This document shows, piece by piece, positions 39,541 to 48,179 of a stretch of 64,000 bases of DNA (within the stretch, counting starts at the first letter, position 1; the number at the start of each line of letters is the position of its first letter). The stretch is from Trueperaceae bacterium (lineage in GTDB: Bacteria; Deinococcota; Deinococci; Deinococcales; Trueperaceae), in contig OZ243913.1 in the NCBI GenBank assembly GCA_965213705.1, forward strand, positions 3,264,001 through 3,328,000, in the 5' to 3' direction. Below the pieces are notes generated by a model. It was given only the letters and a program-made list of their open reading frames with translations. It did not search any database and was not told the origin of the DNA. Position numbers and translations under genes: made by a program.

Positions 39541-40689
39541 GTGCAAGACATCGTTTGTTTCAGTCACCTGCGTTGGGACTTCGTGTGGCAGCGGCCGCAA
39601 CACCTGCTGTCGCGCTTGTCCAAACACGCTCGAGTTTTCTTCGTCGAGGAGCCGGTCACCAACCTCGACTCTTACGGCGAACACCTCCACCATTTCGAGG
39701 GTCGGGGCGCTGACAACGTGCGCGTGGTGCGCCTCGTCCAGCCCGCCAAAGACCACCGCTGGCTAGGGCACGGCGACCCGGCCACGCAAGACACCTACGA
39801 GAAGCTGCTGCGCGGCTTCTTAAAGCAAGAGGGCGTCACGAATCCGTTGCTCTGGTTCTACACGCCGATGGCGCTGCCCTTCGCTAAAGCCTTGCCGCAT
39901 GGGGGCGTCGTTTACGACGTGATGGACGAACTCAGCACCTTTAAGGACGCGCCCGAGGGCTTGCTGAAACGGGCCGACACCCTGTTGAAACGCGCCGACC
40001 TCGTCTTCGCCGGCGGACCGAGCCTGTGGCGCAGCCGCGTGGGGAAAAACCCGAACCTCCACCTGTTCCCGAGCGGCGTGGACGAGGCGCACTTTGAACG
40101 GGCAACTCGGTCAGACGTGGAGCGGCCCGAAGACTTGCTGGACATCGGCGGCCCCGTTCTGGGTTACTTCGGTGTTATCGACGAGCGGATGGACCTGGCG
40201 TTGCTAAAACACCTCGCCGAAGAGCGACCCGACTGGCACGTCGTCATGCTCGGCCCGGTCGTCAAAATCGAGGCAACGAGCCTGCCGCAAGCGCCGAACC
40301 TGCACTACCTCGGCATGAAAGCTTACGAGGACTTGCCCGGTTACCTCGCCCACTTCGACGTAGCGCTGATTCCTTTTGCGCTGAACGAAGCGACCGAGTT
40401 TTTGAGCCCGACGAAGACGTTGGAGTACTTAGCCGCGGATAAGCCGGTCGTGTCCACACCGCTGCCCGACGTGGTCGGCTTGTACGGCGAGGTCGTGCGC
40501 GTCGGCGCGACGCCGGCGGCGTTCTTAAGGGCGGTTGAGGCGGCCCTCGCTGAAGACCGGGCGGCGAAAACGCAGCGTCACGAACGAGCGCAGACCTTGT
40601 TGACACGCTACAGCTGGGACGCAATCGCCACCGCGATGGCCCATGAACTCGAGCAGGTCGGCGAGAGGGCGGTTGAAAGTGTCGCTTAA
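39541..40689 (+). CDS. GT-B glycosyltransferase of the glf-associated type
   Basis: FSHLRWDFVWQRPQHLLSR, YDVMDEL, SPTKTLEYLAA. Confidence 0.88.
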   Translation: MQDIVCFSHLRWDFVWQRPQHLLSRLSKHARVFFVEEPVTNLDSYGEHLHHFEGRGADNVRVVRLVQPAKDHRWLGHGDPATQDTYEKLLRGFLKQEGVTNPLLWFYTPMALPFAKALPHGGVVYDVMDELSTFKDAPEGLLKRADTLLKRADLVFAGGPSLWRSRVGKNPNLHLFPSGVDEAHFERATRSDVERPEDLLDIGGPVLGYFGVIDERMDLALLKHLAEERPDWHVVMLGPVVKIEATSLPQAPNLHYLGMKAYEDLPGYLAHFDVALIPFALNEATEFLSPTKTLEYLAADKPVVSTPLPDVVGLYGEVVRVGATPAAFLRAVEAALAEDRAAKTQRHERAQTLLTRYSWDAIATAMAHELEQVGERAVESVA

Positions 40690-40715
40690 AGGTTTGACCA
40701 TTTCAGGGGGGAAAC

Positions 40716-41879
40716 ATGTTTGACTATCTGATTGTAGGTGCCGGTTTTGCCGGCAGCGTCTTGGCTGAGCGTTTGGCAACCCAGCTCGGTAAAAAAGTCC
40801 TCGTCATCGACAAGCGCAACCACATCGCGGGCAACGCTTACGACCACTACAACGACGAGGGCGTGCTGGTCCACCGCTACGGCCCGCACATCTTCCACAC
40901 CAACTCGCGTAAAGTTTTCGACTACCTGTCACACTTTACCGAGTGGCGGCCCTACGAGCACCGGGTTAAAGCCTCGGTCGACGGCCGACTGGTGCCGCTG
41001 CCCATCAACTTAGACACCGTGAACGAACTCTATGGGCTGTCGCTGACGCAGGGCGAGCTGGAGGCATTTTTCGAGGAGAGGGCCGAGCCGGTCACAGAAA
41101 TCCGCACCTCCGAAGACGTGGTCGTCTCAAAAATCGGCCGCGAGCTGTACGAAAAGTTTTTCCGCGGCTACACCCGCAAACAGTGGGATTTGGACCCCTC
41201 AGAACTCGACGCCACCGTGACCGCGCGGGTGCCGGTGCGCTCCAACCGCGACGACCGCTACTTCGCCGACACCTACCAGGCGATGCCCGCTCGAGGCTAT
41301 ACTCGGATGTTCGAGCGCATCCTGGACCACCCGAACATCAAAATCATGCTGAACGCCTCGTTTGAAGAGGTCCGCGAGTTGGTCGAGTACGTTGACCTCA
41401 TCTACACCGGTCCGGTCGACGCTTTCTTTGGCTACCGTTACGGCAAGCTGCCCTACCGCTCGCTCTCTTTTAAGCACGAAACGCACGCTGCTGAAACCTT
41501 TCAAAGCGCCCCGGTCGTGAACTACCCGAACGAGCATCCCTACACCCGCGTGACTGAGTTCAAGTACCTCACCGGCCAGCGCCACCCCATGACGAGCGTC
41601 GTGTACGAGTATCCGCAGGCCGAGGGCGACCCCTATTACCCGGTCCCCAAACCCGAAAACGCCGCCCTGTACAAGAAATACAAGGCGCTCGCGGATGCGC
41701 TGCCGAACGTGCATTTCGTGGGGCGTTTGGCGACGTATCGCTACTACAACATGGACCAGGTCACCGCGCAGGCCTTAGCGACTTTTGACAAAATCAGCGA
41801 GAGTGTCGCAACCGCTCCAACTCTGGCACCGCGCAAGGTGTTGACGCCCCGGGGCGCACCCTCGTTGGCGAGCGACTGA
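40716..41879 (+). CDS. glf: UDP-galactopyranose mutase
   Basis: VGAGFAG, YGPHIFHTN, YTRKQW, PYYP, GRLATYRYYNMDQ. Confidence 0.96.
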   Translation: MFDYLIVGAGFAGSVLAERLATQLGKKVLVIDKRNHIAGNAYDHYNDEGVLVHRYGPHIFHTNSRKVFDYLSHFTEWRPYEHRVKASVDGRLVPLPINLDTVNELYGLSLTQGELEAFFEERAEPVTEIRTSEDVVVSKIGRELYEKFFRGYTRKQWDLDPSELDATVTARVPVRSNRDDRYFADTYQAMPARGYTRMFERILDHPNIKIMLNASFEEVRELVEYVDLIYTGPVDAFFGYRYGKLPYRSLSFKHETHAAETFQSAPVVNYPNEHPYTRVTEFKYLTGQRHPMTSVVYEYPQAEGDPYYPVPKPENAALYKKYKALADALPNVHFVGRLATYRYYNMDQVTAQALATFDKISESVATAPTLAPRKVLTPRGAPSLASD

Positions 41880-41885
41880 GAAGAA

Positions 41886-41920
41886 AGTACCGAGTACCGA
41901 GTAAAAAGTTGAAAGTAGGG
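41886..41920. repeat. Period-7 AGTACCG-family repeat
   Basis: agtaccg agtaccg agtaaaa agttgaa agtaggg after the glf stop. Confidence 0.7.
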
Positions 41921-42065
41921 GTGTTGAGGGGAGAGGGCGTCAAAGGTTTTGACCTTATACGGATTCCGATACTACAGCTCCCCTTAGAAAAGTTTTTCGC
42001 TTACTTCTCGCTCTGCTCGCGTTTAATGTGGAAGTTAAACGGAAAGGGGTTACCGCCTCACCCCT

Positions 42066-43085
42066 TTACTTGCCTCGAGTCTCGTTTCTGAACACGTCCG
42101 GCCACTCCCAACCGTCCTTAACTACATAGCTGTGCAGCAGTTGTCGCCGCTCGGTTTTCTCTTGCAGCGCGCGGCGATAGTCCGCGGGCGGTTTCGTCTC
42201 GAGCCCGCCCTCGTCCAACGGCTTCAAAGGAGTCGGGGGCGGCGCGTCCTCGTCGTGAGCGCCGAGAAAACTGTTGTCGAGGGTCTCGAGCAGGCTGCCC
42301 ACACTCTCGCGCAGGGGTTGCAAGCTGCGTGCGGTCGACTGACAACGCTCCAAACCGTAAAGCAAGTAAGAGAGCGCCTCGTCGAGTGCGGCGACGCGCA
42401 GCGGCAGGGCCGTACGGCGGTCGCCCGAGTGAAAATAGTGGAGGACGGGAAAAGCCAGGTGCTGTTGCCCCACCCTGCCCAGCGCGTCGTTCAGGGTGGA
42501 CAGGTGTTGGGTCAGGGCGTCGCAACCGTCGCCGTCCCAGGCGTTCAGCACGATGTCGGCGGGTGTTAAACCCAAGCTGGCGATGTACGACGCGAGCTGC
42601 CGTTTGCCGACCACCGCGGGCAACACCGACAGCAAAAAGGTGATGGCGAGCGTGATGACGAAAAAGCCCAGCGTCGCGGCCAGCAGCGTCATGATTTGCC
42701 AAAACCCTACCTGCGGCTCGTATTCCCCGTTGCCCAGGGTGATGAGCGTGTAGCCCACGAAGTAGGCACGCTCGAGAAACCCCGTCGGCTCGCCGTCCGC
42801 GCTCGACACCACCGCCCTTGGGTCCAGCATAAAAAAGAGCGTCCAACCCAACCACAACCCAAACGTCCACAGCCCGATGATGAGCAGCAAAACCGCGGTA
42901 CCCACGTAGGACAGCGCGGTGTGAGAGGGCCGGCGGCGGTGCAGCCGCAGCGCCACGGACCAGGTCATGCTTGCCAGCCAACCGCTGCCCCAACCGCTAC
43001 CCTTGAGGCTCAAAGTCGTCTTGACCACGTCGCCCAGCACGAGCAAAACAACCCCTACACCCAAAACCCCCAAGCCCCATTGCAC
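42066..43085 (-). CDS. Ion channel-domain membrane protein (Ion_trans_2-like) with TLGNG filter
   Basis: TM - pore helix YFVGYTLITLGNGEY - TM; C-terminal FPVLHYFH domain. Confidence 0.78.
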   Translation of the reverse strand: MQWGLGVLGVGVVLLVLGDVVKTTLSLKGSGWGSGWLASMTWSVALRLHRRRPSHTALSYVGTAVLLLIIGLWTFGLWLGWTLFFMLDPRAVVSSADGEPTGFLERAYFVGYTLITLGNGEYEPQVGFWQIMTLLAATLGFFVITLAITFLLSVLPAVVGKRQLASYIASLGLTPADIVLNAWDGDGCDALTQHLSTLNDALGRVGQQHLAFPVLHYFHSGDRRTALPLRVAALDEALSYLLYGLERCQSTARSLQPLRESVGSLLETLDNSFLGAHDEDAPPPTPLKPLDEGGLETKPPADYRRALQEKTERRQLLHSYVVKDGWEWPDVFRNETRGK

Positions 43086-43275
43086 TTCGTCGCCTCCTTC
43101 GGCGTTTTCAAACCCAGCTTAACAAGGGGTTGTAACCCCTTGTCGGGACTCGAGCAGCACCTAGATTTCAGCACATAAGTTTCAACGGTTTTCACGCCGC
43201 CTCAAGAATTTTCGCCACATTTTTAAGGGGCTACCCGTCGCTCTGTTCACTCGGCCAGCACCGCACCACAACCTC

Positions 43276-43316
43276 AAAAACGGCGACACCTGCTAACAGG
43301 TGCCGCCGTTTTTTTT
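43276..43316 (-). terminator. Intrinsic terminator of the YciF-like gene (possibly bidirectional)
   Basis: aaaaa-cggcgacacctg-ctaa-caggtgccgccg-tttttttt. Confidence 0.85.
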
Positions 43317-43354
43317 GAGCTGTCGGTTCAGCTTTGCGCTTTTAGCGTGTCAGT

Positions 43355-43846
43355 TCAGGCCATCGCTTGCTTGTTGACCGACGACTCGGCGATTTGGCTG
43401 AGCAACTTGTCGGTCTGCTCTTCTTCATTCAGGGTCTGGCCGAGAATTTCCTTGACCTGGCTGTTGCCGAGGGCTTCGGCGAACTGGCAGGCCGAGCCGT
43501 AACCGGCAATCTCGTAGTGCTCGACGCGCTGGGCGGCCGCGATGAGGGCGGCGTCGAGCGCGACGCTTTTGTCGTGCTCGCTTATCAAGTCCTGCGCCTC
43601 TTTGAGCAGGCCTTCCATGCCCTTGCACTTTTCGCCGGTCGGCTGGACGCCCAACATGTCGGCGGCTTGCTTGAGGCGGTTCACCTGCTCTTTGGTTTGC
43701 TCTAAGTGTTTTTGAAACGCGTCTTTCAGCTCTTGCGTCGTCGCGGCCTCCATCATTTTGGGCAGCGCGCTGGTGAGCTGCGTTTCGGCGCTGTAGAGGT
43801 CTTTAACCTGGTGCTCTAACACGTCTTGTAAGTTGGACATTGCCAT
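43355..43846 (-). CDS. YciE/YciF ferritin-like stress protein (DUF892)
   Basis: DLYSAETQ, CKGMEGL, AAQRVEHYEIAGYG; SD AGGAGG. Confidence 0.92.
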   Translation of the reverse strand: MAMSNLQDVLEHQVKDLYSAETQLTSALPKMMEAATTQELKDAFQKHLEQTKEQVNRLKQAADMLGVQPTGEKCKGMEGLLKEAQDLISEHDKSVALDAALIAAAQRVEHYEIAGYGSACQFAEALGNSQVKEILGQTLNEEEQTDKLLSQIAESSVNKQAMA

Positions 43847-44079
43847 GATTGTCTCCTCCTAAGATTTGTCAACAGTCGTTACCGTTATCAGTTCGGACGC
43901 TGTGGTCTGCGGAAATTCAGTTGTTCGCGTCCTCAGCTACAGTCTGACACAGACTGAAAAGAAATTTTGTAGACCATCCTCCAGACACGCCTCCTTCAGA
44001 ATCTCGAGCTTAGGCCTCGTTACAAACTGGACGCGAAATGTTCCCGACAATGAAGTTGCAACTCACAAAGGGGGCAAAT

Positions 44080-44955
44080 ATGTCGGACCAAAACGGCAAC
44101 AGCGACAACCCGGACATTCCCGCGCAGACCCAGGACCGGCAACCGGGCTTAGAGAGCGAGATGACGCCGCAACCGCAGTTCGAGCAGGAGGAGCGGCCCG
44201 GCAGCGGACGTTTGAAAAACAAGGTCGCGCTCGTTACCGGCGGCGACTCGGGCATCGGGCGCTCGGTCGCGGTGCTGTTCGCCCGCGAGGGCGCGGACGT
44301 GGCAATTCTGTACCTAAACGAGGACGAAGACGCCGAAACCGCTAAAAAAGAGGTCGAGGAAGAAGGTGGACGCTGCCTGCTCATCAGGGGCGACGTGGGC
44401 GACGAAGCGTTTTGTCAGGACGCGGTGAAGCGCACCGTCGACGAGTTCGGCGGGCTGAACGTGCTGGTCAACAACGCCGCCGAGCAACATCCGCAAAAGA
44501 GCCTGCTCGACATCACCGAGGAGCAACTGGTGCGGACTTTTCGCACCAACATCTTCGGCTACTTTTTTATGGCGAAGGCGGCGCTGCCGCACCTGGACAA
44601 GGGCGACAGCATCATCAACACCTGCTCGGTGACGGCGTTCAAGGGCAGCCCCGGTCTGCTCGACTACTCGGCGACCAAGGGGGCCATCGTCGCGTTTACC
44701 CGCTCGCTGGCGCAGAACCTGGCCGAGGACGGCATCCGCGTCAACAGCGTCGCGCCGGGGCCGATTTGGACTCCCTTAATCCCCGCGACCTTCGACAAGG
44801 AAAAAGTGGCGAAGTTCGGCCAGGACGTGCCGCTGGGCCGTCCCGGCCAACCCGAGGAGGTCGCGCCCTGCTACGTGTTCTTGGCCTCGACGGACGCTTC
44901 GTACATCACCGGGCAAACGCTGCACCCGAACGGCGGGGAGGTGGTGGGCGGTTAG
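44080..44955 (+). CDS. SDR oxidoreductase, general stress protein 39 (YdaD/YhxD)-like
   Basis: Q--QPGLE-EM-P-P leader, TGGDSGIG, NNAAEQ, YSATK, PGPIWTPL. Confidence 0.9.
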   Translation: MSDQNGNSDNPDIPAQTQDRQPGLESEMTPQPQFEQEERPGSGRLKNKVALVTGGDSGIGRSVAVLFAREGADVAILYLNEDEDAETAKKEVEEEGGRCLLIRGDVGDEAFCQDAVKRTVDEFGGLNVLVNNAAEQHPQKSLLDITEEQLVRTFRTNIFGYFFMAKAALPHLDKGDSIINTCSVTAFKGSPGLLDYSATKGAIVAFTRSLAQNLAEDGIRVNSVAPGPIWTPLIPATFDKEKVAKFGQDVPLGRPGQPEEVAPCYVFLASTDASYITGQTLHPNGGEVVGG

Positions 44956-45052
44956 TCGGGCCGACACACAGGACGAATCTTTTAAGGACTCCCTTAAAGA
45001 CAAGGTCACGCCGACCGGCGACGCCTGGGCTTACTTCGGGGGCGCGCTCGCC

Positions 45053-45502
45053 GTGGCCGTCGCCGTCGGCGTTCACGTGTTGGCGGGGTCGGTTTACAGC
45101 GGGGCCGAGGCGCTCGAGCTGTTCAAGGCCCTGTCGAACTCTTCGGTTTACCTCGGGGTCGCGTTGACCAGTTCCGGCGCGACCGTCCTCGCGCTCATGC
45201 TTACCATGATAGGCATGGCGCGCCGCGCGGACGAGAGCTTCGACACGCGTTTTTACCAGCGCATCGGCCGCATCGGCGCGCTCAGTGCGGCCCTGCTCTG
45301 CAGCGCGGTGCTGCTGCTGATCGTGCTCGGTTTGCCCGCGGACGAGTTCGAAAACGTGCCCCCGAGCTGGTACACGGGGCTTTACTACGTGGCGGTGGGC
45401 CTTATCGCCCTGTTGGCGGGGCTCGCTATCACCACGATTCTCATGCTCTTCAACGCGGTGAAGTACGTCGTCCTCAACGTGACCCCGGCCGAACACCTGT
45501 AG
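45053..45502 (+). CDS. Hypothetical membrane protein
   Basis: Three to four TM segments; the frame stays open and protein-like upstream to ~44957, so the true start is uncertain. Confidence 0.65.
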   Translation: MAVAVGVHVLAGSVYSGAEALELFKALSNSSVYLGVALTSSGATVLALMLTMIGMARRADESFDTRFYQRIGRIGALSAALLCSAVLLLIVLGLPADEFENVPPSWYTGLYYVAVGLIALLAGLAITTILMLFNAVKYVVLNVTPAEHL

Positions 45503-45518
45503 CCGTGTCGGGATAGAT

Positions 45519-46223
45519 GTGTTACGAACAACGACACAAGCCGACTTGAAAACCAAGGCCCTGACGGTCCATGAGCGCCTTTGCGCGGCTTACGACTGCC
45601 CGTTCGCGTTTTTCCGCGACACCGACCCGCTGAGCGAACTGGTGGGTTCGATGTTGTCCCACCGCACCAAAAACGCCGACTCAGGCCACGCCCTGAAAAG
45701 TTTGCGGGCGCGGTTCCCGACTTGGGAGGAGGTCATGCGCGCGCCCGTCGCCGAGGTCGAGGCAGCCATTCACGCCGCCACCTGGCCCGAGCAAAAAGCG
45801 CCGCGGCTGCAAGGCGCGTTGCGGCACGTGTTCAAAGAGCGGGGTGAACTATCGCTCGAGTTCCTGAGCGAAATACCCGTCGACGAGGCGCGGGGCTGGC
45901 TCGAGCGCATTCCCGGCGTCGGGCCGAAGACGAGCGCGGCGGTGTTGCTCTTTAGCACCCTGCGCTTGCCAGCGTTACCGGTCGACAGCCACCACCACCG
46001 GGTGGCGCAGCGCTTGGGGCTGCTGCCCGAAAAAGTCGGACCCGGCCCGGCGCACGCCCTGCTGCGCGCCCAACTGCCTGACGACTGGAGCGCCCAACAA
46101 CTCTACGACAACCACGAAGCCCTGATGACCCACGGCCAGCGCTGCTGCTACCACGCGAACCCGGCTTGCACGCGCTGTCCGGTATTGGACGTGTGCCCCT
46201 TCGGGCAAGAAAGAACGAGGTAA
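45519..46223 (+). CDS. Endonuclease III-like HhH-GPD DNA glycosylase with 4Fe-4S motif
   Basis: IPGVGPKTSA HhH, PVDSH, C-x6-C-x2-C-x5-C. Confidence 0.9.
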   Translation: MLRTTTQADLKTKALTVHERLCAAYDCPFAFFRDTDPLSELVGSMLSHRTKNADSGHALKSLRARFPTWEEVMRAPVAEVEAAIHAATWPEQKAPRLQGALRHVFKERGELSLEFLSEIPVDEARGWLERIPGVGPKTSAAVLLFSTLRLPALPVDSHHHRVAQRLGLLPEKVGPGPAHALLRAQLPDDWSAQQLYDNHEALMTHGQRCCYHANPACTRCPVLDVCPFGQERTR

Positions 46224-46227
46224 AAGC

Positions 46228-47001
46228 ATGGATATGAGCGGTAAAGTTGCTTTGATTACCGGCGCGGGCTCGGGCCTCGGCGCGGCGAGCGCCAAGCGGC
46301 TGGCCGCGGCGGGCGCGAAGGTCGCGCTTCTGGACATCGACGAGTCTGACCTCAAAAAAGTCGCCGCGGACATCGGTCAGGACGCCCTCGTCATTGTCGC
46401 AGACGTGTCCGAAGAAGAGGCGATGAAAAACGCTTATCAGCAAGTCGCCGACACGTTTTCACGGCTCGACGCGGTCTTCGCCAACGCGGGCATCAACGGC
46501 GTGTGGGCACCCTTGGACGAGTTGATGTTAGAAGAATGGCATAGGACGCTCAACATCAACTTGACCGGCACTTTCTTGACTGTGAAACACGCCCTGCCCC
46601 TCTTGAAAAAGCGCGGCGGCTCGGTCGTCATCACGGCCTCGGTCAACGGAACGCGCACGTTCAGCAACACCGGCGCGACCGCCTACTCGTGCAGCAAGGC
46701 GGGGCAGGTCGCGTTTATGCAGATGACGGCCCTGGAGCTGGCGAAACACCGAATACGCGTCAACGCCATTTGCCCCGGCGCGATTTCGACCGACATTTCG
46801 GAGAGCACGACGAAACGCGACTTAGAAACCGTCAAGGAGCCCGCCGAGTACCCCGAGGGCGAAATTCCCCTGACCGACGGTCAACCGGGCTCGGCCGAGC
46901 AGGTCGCCGACCTCGTGCTGTTTTTGGCTTCCGATGCCTCCAAGCACATTTCCGGCACGCCCGTATGGATAGACGGAGCGCAGTCGCTATTGCAGGGGTG
47001 A
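46228..47001 (+). CDS. SDR oxidoreductase
   Basis: TGAGSGLG, ANAGING, YSCSK. Confidence 0.9.
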   Translation: MDMSGKVALITGAGSGLGAASAKRLAAAGAKVALLDIDESDLKKVAADIGQDALVIVADVSEEEAMKNAYQQVADTFSRLDAVFANAGINGVWAPLDELMLEEWHRTLNINLTGTFLTVKHALPLLKKRGGSVVITASVNGTRTFSNTGATAYSCSKAGQVAFMQMTALELAKHRIRVNAICPGAISTDISESTTKRDLETVKEPAEYPEGEIPLTDGQPGSAEQVADLVLFLASDASKHISGTPVWIDGAQSLLQG

Positions 47002-47041
47002 CGGGACCGCAAAGCAAAAGACAGCGGTGTAAAGTAGCCGG

Positions 47042-47944
47042 ATGAGTGAGCCTCACCTCGGCCTCGTCTGCATCACCAAGAGCGACGCGGTGCGCTACCG
47101 CACGGTCACGCGGACGCGCTATCTATCGTTCGGCGACGCTGAACGTTACGTCTTGCTGGATGAACTCTACCGGCACAACTTGGGCGTGCTGTTCAAGGCT
47201 TTGGAGTTCTGCCGTGACCACGCCATCCGGCTCTACCGCGTCAACACCAACCTGTTTCCTTTAAGCGACTGGGAAGACGGGATAGGGCGCGAGGTTTTGG
47301 ACACGCTTCAAGGTGATATGGGCAAAGTCGGCCCGCAGGCCGACGCGCTGGGGGTGCGGGTACTCGTCCACCCGGAGCAGTACGTCGTCCTCAACTCGCT
47401 CCGGCCCGAGGTGATTGTCAACAGCGTACAGGTGTTGGAGAACCAGGCCCTCATTTTCGACCGCCTGGGGCTGCCGCGCAGCACCTGGGCGGGCATCAAC
47501 ATCCACGGCGGCAAGGGCGGGCGGGGGGACGAACTCGTCGAGACGATTTTTGCCTTGCCCGAGCCCGTCCGCAACCGCCTGACTTTGGAGAACGACGAAC
47601 ACGCCTACAACGCCGCCGCCATCCTGGACGTGTGCGAACGCGCCGGCGTGCCGATGGTTTTCGACGCCCACCACCACGTCGTCAGTGAGGGCTTGGCGAG
47701 TTTGGAGGACCCAAGTGTGCTCGAGTACACCCGCCTCGCCCGCGCCACCTGGCAGCCGCCCGACTGGCAGGTCGTCCACCTGTCCAACGGCCGCGCCGGC
47801 GTCGGCGACTCCAAACACAGCGACCTGATTGCGGAAGTCCCGAGCGCGTTTCGGGAGGTGGCCTGGATAGAGGTCGAGGCGAAGGCCAAAGAAGAGGCGA
47901 TTTTCGGTTTGCGCGAGGAGTGGGCTCGAGGGGGTTTAAGCTAA
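47042..47944 (+). CDS. uvsE: UV damage endonuclease
   Basis: LGLVC, IRLYR, HP-QYVVLNS, LENDE, FDAHHH, HSD, EVEAKAKE; leaderless after TAAAGT. Confidence 0.93.
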   Translation: MSEPHLGLVCITKSDAVRYRTVTRTRYLSFGDAERYVLLDELYRHNLGVLFKALEFCRDHAIRLYRVNTNLFPLSDWEDGIGREVLDTLQGDMGKVGPQADALGVRVLVHPEQYVVLNSLRPEVIVNSVQVLENQALIFDRLGLPRSTWAGINIHGGKGGRGDELVETIFALPEPVRNRLTLENDEHAYNAAAILDVCERAGVPMVFDAHHHVVSEGLASLEDPSVLEYTRLARATWQPPDWQVVHLSNGRAGVGDSKHSDLIAEVPSAFREVAWIEVEAKAKEEAIFGLREEWARGGLS

Positions 47945-48179
47945 CCGCCGAACGGGTCGAAAGCCTCGTCTTAAACGTGACGTCACTTTGAAAAGAGTAG
48001 AACTACCGAACCGACACCCCTCGAAAACCAACCGTTGCCAAACCCGTTGTTTGACGACCGTCTCACCGTTCGTCCCGCCGCTCGTCTCCGGTCAAACCCG
48101 GCAAAACAAACCGAGTCCCTCAGGGCTGACGTTCTCTTTCTTTTCGGTCAGACTTCCGACTACAATAGGCCCTTGACGC

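Noticed and set aside
44951..45052. Possible second non-canonical start for the membrane protein
   Set aside because: The frame is open and plausible upstream, but there is no clear SD/near-cognate pair or motif to anchor it, so it is not supportable without homologues
47945..48179. c-di-AMP riboswitch upstream of the ktr genes
   Set aside because: Conserved ydaO/yuaA sequence blocks not found
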